Under the pieces are notes generated by a model. That model was not told the DNA's origin. It made no database searches and saw only the letters and a list, made by a program, of their open reading frames with translations. DNA of 64,000 bases from an uncultured Chthonomonadaceae bacterium (GTDB lineage: Bacteria; Armatimonadota; Chthonomonadetes; Chthonomonadales; Chthonomonadaceae), in NCBI GenBank assembly GCA_963835065.1, contig CAWIEK010000037.1, positions 96,001-160,000 on the forward strand. Direction: 5' to 3'. Below, piece after piece: positions 60,490 to 64,000 of this stretch. Each line of letters begins with the position of its first letter. The first letter of the stretch is position 1. The translations under genes were made by a program, and so were the position numbers.

Positions 60490-61680
60490 ATGACAGCGCA
60501 ACCTTTGAACATACAAATCTACTTACGCGGCGGCGGCACATTGGAAGCATTGGCGCGCGATCTGGCAATCCGCCATGCCCGGCATCCGGCTTACGCCAAT
60601 CTGGTACTGCTGAAATACGATCAGATTAACAGCCCGATGGACAACCCTGTTGTGCGGGAGTGCCGGGGGCTGATTCTGGATGAAGCGGACGATTGGCGCA
60701 TTGTTGCCCGCGCTTACGAGAAATTCTTCAACTACGGCGAACCGAACGCGCCCGTTATAGATTGGACAACCGCCCGCATACAGGAGAAAGTAGACGGAAC
60801 CCTGTGCATTTTCTACCATTACGACAGCAAGTGGCATGTTGCGACAACGGGAACGCCGGACGCCGGGGGCAGGGTGCATAACGGCGAGCGCATATTCCGT
60901 GACCTGATCTGGGAAACGGCAAGGCAGTACGAAATGCAGTTGCTTTCGCCCCAACATTGCTATCTGTTTGAACTCACAAGCCCCTACAATCGCGTGGTCG
61001 TGCCGCATGAGCAGCCGGGCTTGACCCTGCTGGGCATACGGCAAACGGATAATGGCGCATGGGTCCCGCTGAAGCAGGCCCATTCGTATATCAGCGGTTC
61101 CGTGCCTGTCGTGCAGGAGTTCGCGTTCAACTCGCTTGCCGCCGTGCTGTCTTCGTTGGAAAACATCAACCCTCTGGAGCAGGAGGGGTACGTGGTTGTG
61201 GATGGCGCGGGCAATCGCGTCAAGGTGAAGCATCCGCGTTATGTCGCGCTGCATCTGCTCAAGGAATCGTTCAATTTGCGGGCGTATGTGGAGGTATTGC
61301 GGGCAGGCGAAACTCCCGAACTGCTCACGTACTTTCCCGAAATCGGGGCAGAGTACGCGCCGGTTCGCGCTGCTTACGAAACCCTCGCGATGGAAATTGA
61401 CGCCGATTACAGCCGTCTGCGTTCGCTTGACACGCAGAAAGAGTTTGCACAGGCCGCGCTCAAAACACGCTGCTCCGCCGCGCTGTTCGCAATCCGGGCC
61501 GGCGATTGCCGCGATGCCCGCGATGGATTATTTAAGCATGTGGAGCAGCCGTTGGTAAGCCTCTTCCCAGCGTTCGGCGTTTGCGGCAGGCGTGTAGGTT
61601 TCCAGCGTGAAAGAATTGCGCACGATTTGCCGCGCCTGCTCCAGCCCATTCAGCAGGCCGACGCCGATGGCCTGCATTAG
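60490..61680 (+). CDS. T4 Rnl1-like RNA ligase, copy 1; C-terminus chimeric past the junction at 61526
   Basis: ECRGLI, KFFN, EKVDG (motif I Lys), FEL, EGYVV, VKVKHP.Y. Confidence 0.85.
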   Translation: MTAQPLNIQIYLRGGGTLEALARDLAIRHARHPAYANLVLLKYDQINSPMDNPVVRECRGLILDEADDWRIVARAYEKFFNYGEPNAPVIDWTTARIQEKVDGTLCIFYHYDSKWHVATTGTPDAGGRVHNGERIFRDLIWETARQYEMQLLSPQHCYLFELTSPYNRVVVPHEQPGLTLLGIRQTDNGAWVPLKQAHSYISGSVPVVQEFAFNSLAAVLSSLENINPLEQEGYVVVDGAGNRVKVKHPRYVALHLLKESFNLRAYVEVLRAGETPELLTYFPEIGAEYAPVRAAYETLAMEIDADYSRLRSLDTQKEFAQAALKTRCSAALFAIRAGDCRDARDGLFKHVEQPLVSLFPAFGVCGRRVGFQRERIAHDLPRLLQPIQQADADGLH

Positions 61681-63003
61681 TATATTGCCGATAGCGGTTG
61701 CTTCCACCGGGCCGGCAATTACGGTTCGGCGCGTGGCATCGGCGGTGAGTTGGCACAGCAGTTTGTTTTGGGTTCCGCCGCCCACGACGTGAATGGTGTC
61801 AATGCCGCGCCCGCGTACCTGCTCCAATCCCTCCACTACAAACCGGTATTTCAGCGCGAGGCTTTCCAGGCAGCAGCGGATGATTGCGCCCTCGTCCTGT
61901 GGAACCGCCTGCCCCGCGCGTTGGCAGAAGGCGCGGATTTCCGCCGCCATGTCGTCGGGCGCGAGGAACGCGGGATCGTCCGGGTCAATCAATGGCCCGA
62001 ATGGAGGAGCCTGTTCCGCCAGTGTGGTCAAGGTAGCATAGCTGTGATCGTGTCCGTATCGGGCAAACGAGCGGCGGCACTCCTGCACGAGCCACAATCC
62101 CATCACGTTTTTCAGGACGCGAACCGTGTTACGCGCGCCGCCTTCATTGGTAAAGTTGAATTTCGCGGTTTGTTCGGAGATAAGCGGGACAGGCGCTTCG
62201 ATGCCGACAAGCGACCATGTGCCGCTGCTGATGTAAGCGTAATCGGGAGTGGACGCGGGCACGGCGACAACCGCGCTGCCCGTATCGTGGGTGGCGGGCG
62301 CGATCACTTGCAGGTTGGTGGCTCCTGTTTCTGCCGCAATATCCCGGCGAAGTGTGCCAAGCCGCGTTCCCGCGGGTACGATGTCGGTGAAAATAGCGCG
62401 GGGCAGTTGAAACGCTCCAATCAAATCCTCCGCCCATGCGTGGTTATGCGGGTCGGCGAGTTGCGTCGAGGTGGCGTTGCTCCATTCCGTCACTTTTACG
62501 CCCGTCAGCCAGAAGTTGAGCAGGTCGGGCATGAGCAGCAAGGTGCGGGCGTTTGCCAGCAGGGGCGAACCCGCTTTTTGCAGCGACAGCAGTTGATATA
62601 GCGTATTGAACTGCAAAAACTGTATTCCCGTGCGCTTGTAAATCGCTTCACGCGGCACGGTTTGAAACGCGGCTTCCATCATGCCGTCATTGGCGTGGTC
62701 GCGGTAATGGCGTGGGTTCCCCAACAGCACATCGTCTTTGCCGAGCAGTCCGAAATCCACTGCCCACGTATCAATGCCCATCCCCCTAAAATCGGTTCCA
62801 CAGGACTGCGCGGCCAATCGTAATCCTGTCTTGATTTCCGTAAACAGCCGCAGCGCGTCCCAATACAGCGTATCGAGTACGCGCGTCCCGCCCGTCGCAA
62901 AACGGTGCGCGTCCTGCAAGCGCAGTTTGTCGTCCTCAAAAAAGCCCGTTACCGCCCGCCCGCTTTCCGCGCCCAGATCAAACGCCAGAAACTTGGCTTC
63001 CAT
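61528..63003 (-). CDS. rhaB: Rhamnulokinase, copy 2
   Basis: Near-identical to copy 1. Confidence 0.9.
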   Translation of the reverse strand: MEAKFLAFDLGAESGRAVTGFFEDDKLRLQDAHRFATGGTRVLDTLYWDALRLFTEIKTGLRLAAQSCGTDFRGMGIDTWAVDFGLLGKDDVLLGNPRHYRDHANDGMMEAAFQTVPREAIYKRTGIQFLQFNTLYQLLSLQKAGSPLLANARTLLLMPDLLNFWLTGVKVTEWSNATSTQLADPHNHAWAEDLIGAFQLPRAIFTDIVPAGTRLGTLRRDIAAETGATNLQVIAPATHDTGSAVVAVPASTPDYAYISSGTWSLVGIEAPVPLISEQTAKFNFTNEGGARNTVRVLKNVMGLWLVQECRRSFARYGHDHSYATLTTLAEQAPPFGPLIDPDDPAFLAPDDMAAEIRAFCQRAGQAVPQDEGAIIRCCLESLALKYRFVVEGLEQVRGRGIDTIHVVGGGTQNKLLCQLTADATRRTVIAGPVEATAIGNILMQAIGVGLLNGLEQARQIVRNSFTLETYTPAANAERWEEAYQRLLHMLK

Positions 63004-63319
63004 TGCCACGATGATGCCTCCCCAAAAAGGATGAAGGATGAAGGATGAAGGATGAAGAATGAAGACAATGCCTGTCTCTGTCTTAATCAATAAACATGGT
63101 TATGACAGAAGAAGCCATTGTCCTGAGTGCAATTCTTCATCCTTCATCCTTCATCCTTCATCCTTTTCGGGGCGGGAAAATCCTGCTTGTTTCTTATCGT
63201 GCAATTTTACGCCGATGAGGGCTGTCAACAGGAATGGACACCTTGCCGCTAGTACGCGGCAGAGCCAATAATAAATCATCCGAGAGGATGAATGGGAAGA
63301 AGCAGGAGAAAGAGGCAAC

Positions 63320-64000
63320 ATGACAGCGCAACCTTTGAACATACAAATCTACTTACGCGGCGGCGGCACATTGGAAGCATTGGCGCGCGATCTGGCAATC
63401 CGCCATGCCCGGCATCCGGCTTACGCCAATCTGGTACTGCTGAAATACGATCAGATTAACAGCCCGATGGACAACCCTGTTGTGCGGGAGTGCCGGGGGC
63501 TGATTCTGGATGAAGCGGACGATTGGCGCATTGTTGCCCGCGCTTACGAGAAATTCTTCAACTACGGCGAACCGAACGCGCCCGTTATAGATTGGACAAC
63601 CGCCCGCATACAGGAGAAAGTAGACGGAACCCTGTGCATTTTCTACCATTACGACAGCAAGTGGCATGTTGCGACAACGGGAACGCCGGACGCCGGGGGC
63701 AGGGTGCATAACGGCGAGCGCATATTCCGTGACCTGATCTGGGAAACGGCAAGGCAGTACGAAATGCAGTTGCTTTCGCCCCAACATTGCTATCTGTTTG
63801 AACTCACAAGCCCCTACAATCGCGTGGTCGTGCCGCATGAGCAGCCGGGCTTGACCCTGCTGGGCATACGGCAAACGGATAATGGCGCATGGGTCCCGCT
63901 GGAGCAGGCCCATTCGTATATCAGCGGTTCCGTGCCTGTCGTGCAGGAGTTCGCGTTCAACTCGCTTGCCGCCGTGCTGTCTTCGTTGGAAAACATCAAC
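63320..64000 (+). CDS. T4 Rnl1-like RNA ligase, copy 2 (3' partial)
   Basis: Repeat of 60490 onward, open to the window end. Confidence 0.85.
   Translation, partial: MTAQPLNIQIYLRGGGTLEALARDLAIRHARHPAYANLVLLKYDQINSPMDNPVVRECRGLILDEADDWRIVARAYEKFFNYGEPNAPVIDWTTARIQEKVDGTLCIFYHYDSKWHVATTGTPDAGGRVHNGERIFRDLIWETARQYEMQLLSPQHCYLFELTSPYNRVVVPHEQPGLTLLGIRQTDNGAWVPLEQAHSYISGSVPVVQEFAFNSLAAVLSSLENIN

Larger units (their letters stand above)
58696..64000. repeat. Tandem duplication, 2830-bp period (second unit starts 61526 and runs off the window)
   Basis: Identical ORF sets offset by 2830; junction at GATTATTTAAG. Confidence 0.97.

Overview
GC-rich bacterial window. Armatimonadota is a tentative guess from gene content and protein style. 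From left to right it holds: the 3' end of a deaminase-type polymorphic toxin with an Imm5-like immunity gene; a large type II secretion / pseudopilus cluster (gspF, G, H, I, J, K, a PilM-PilN fusion, PilO-like, GspC-like, secretin gspD) with very long Gly/Asn/Thr/FG-rich low-complexity inserts and a TnpB remnant before gspD; pyrE; and a two-gene Ro/TROVE-like vWA + ARPP-2-like module preceded by a compact, terminator-ended structured RNA candidate. Further right are a GH78 rhamnosidase, a Wza/SLBB protein, mnmG, a membrane protein / alpha-2-macroglobulin / VanW operon, a sugar ABC transporter, DAHP synthase, a cysteine desulfurase-like gene, a secreted glycoside hydrolase, SpoIIM-like, PBP2, a sulfite oxidase, a degenerate Rho paralogue, recN and a split lipoate ligase. 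The window ends in a 2830-bp tandem duplication of rhaB plus a T4 Rnl1-like RNA ligase. About 20 polarised 7/8-mer tandem-repeat doublets (purine/G-rich arm, spacer, C/T-rich arm) pepper the window; several sit in frame inside proteins (prepilin leaders, MnmG, alpha-2-macroglobulin). There are also several REP/MITE-like palindromic elements. Many single-base frameshifts or stops in conserved genes suggest an error-prone consensus. I saw no tRNA, rRNA or CRISPR array. All family assignments are from motif recognition, not database searches.
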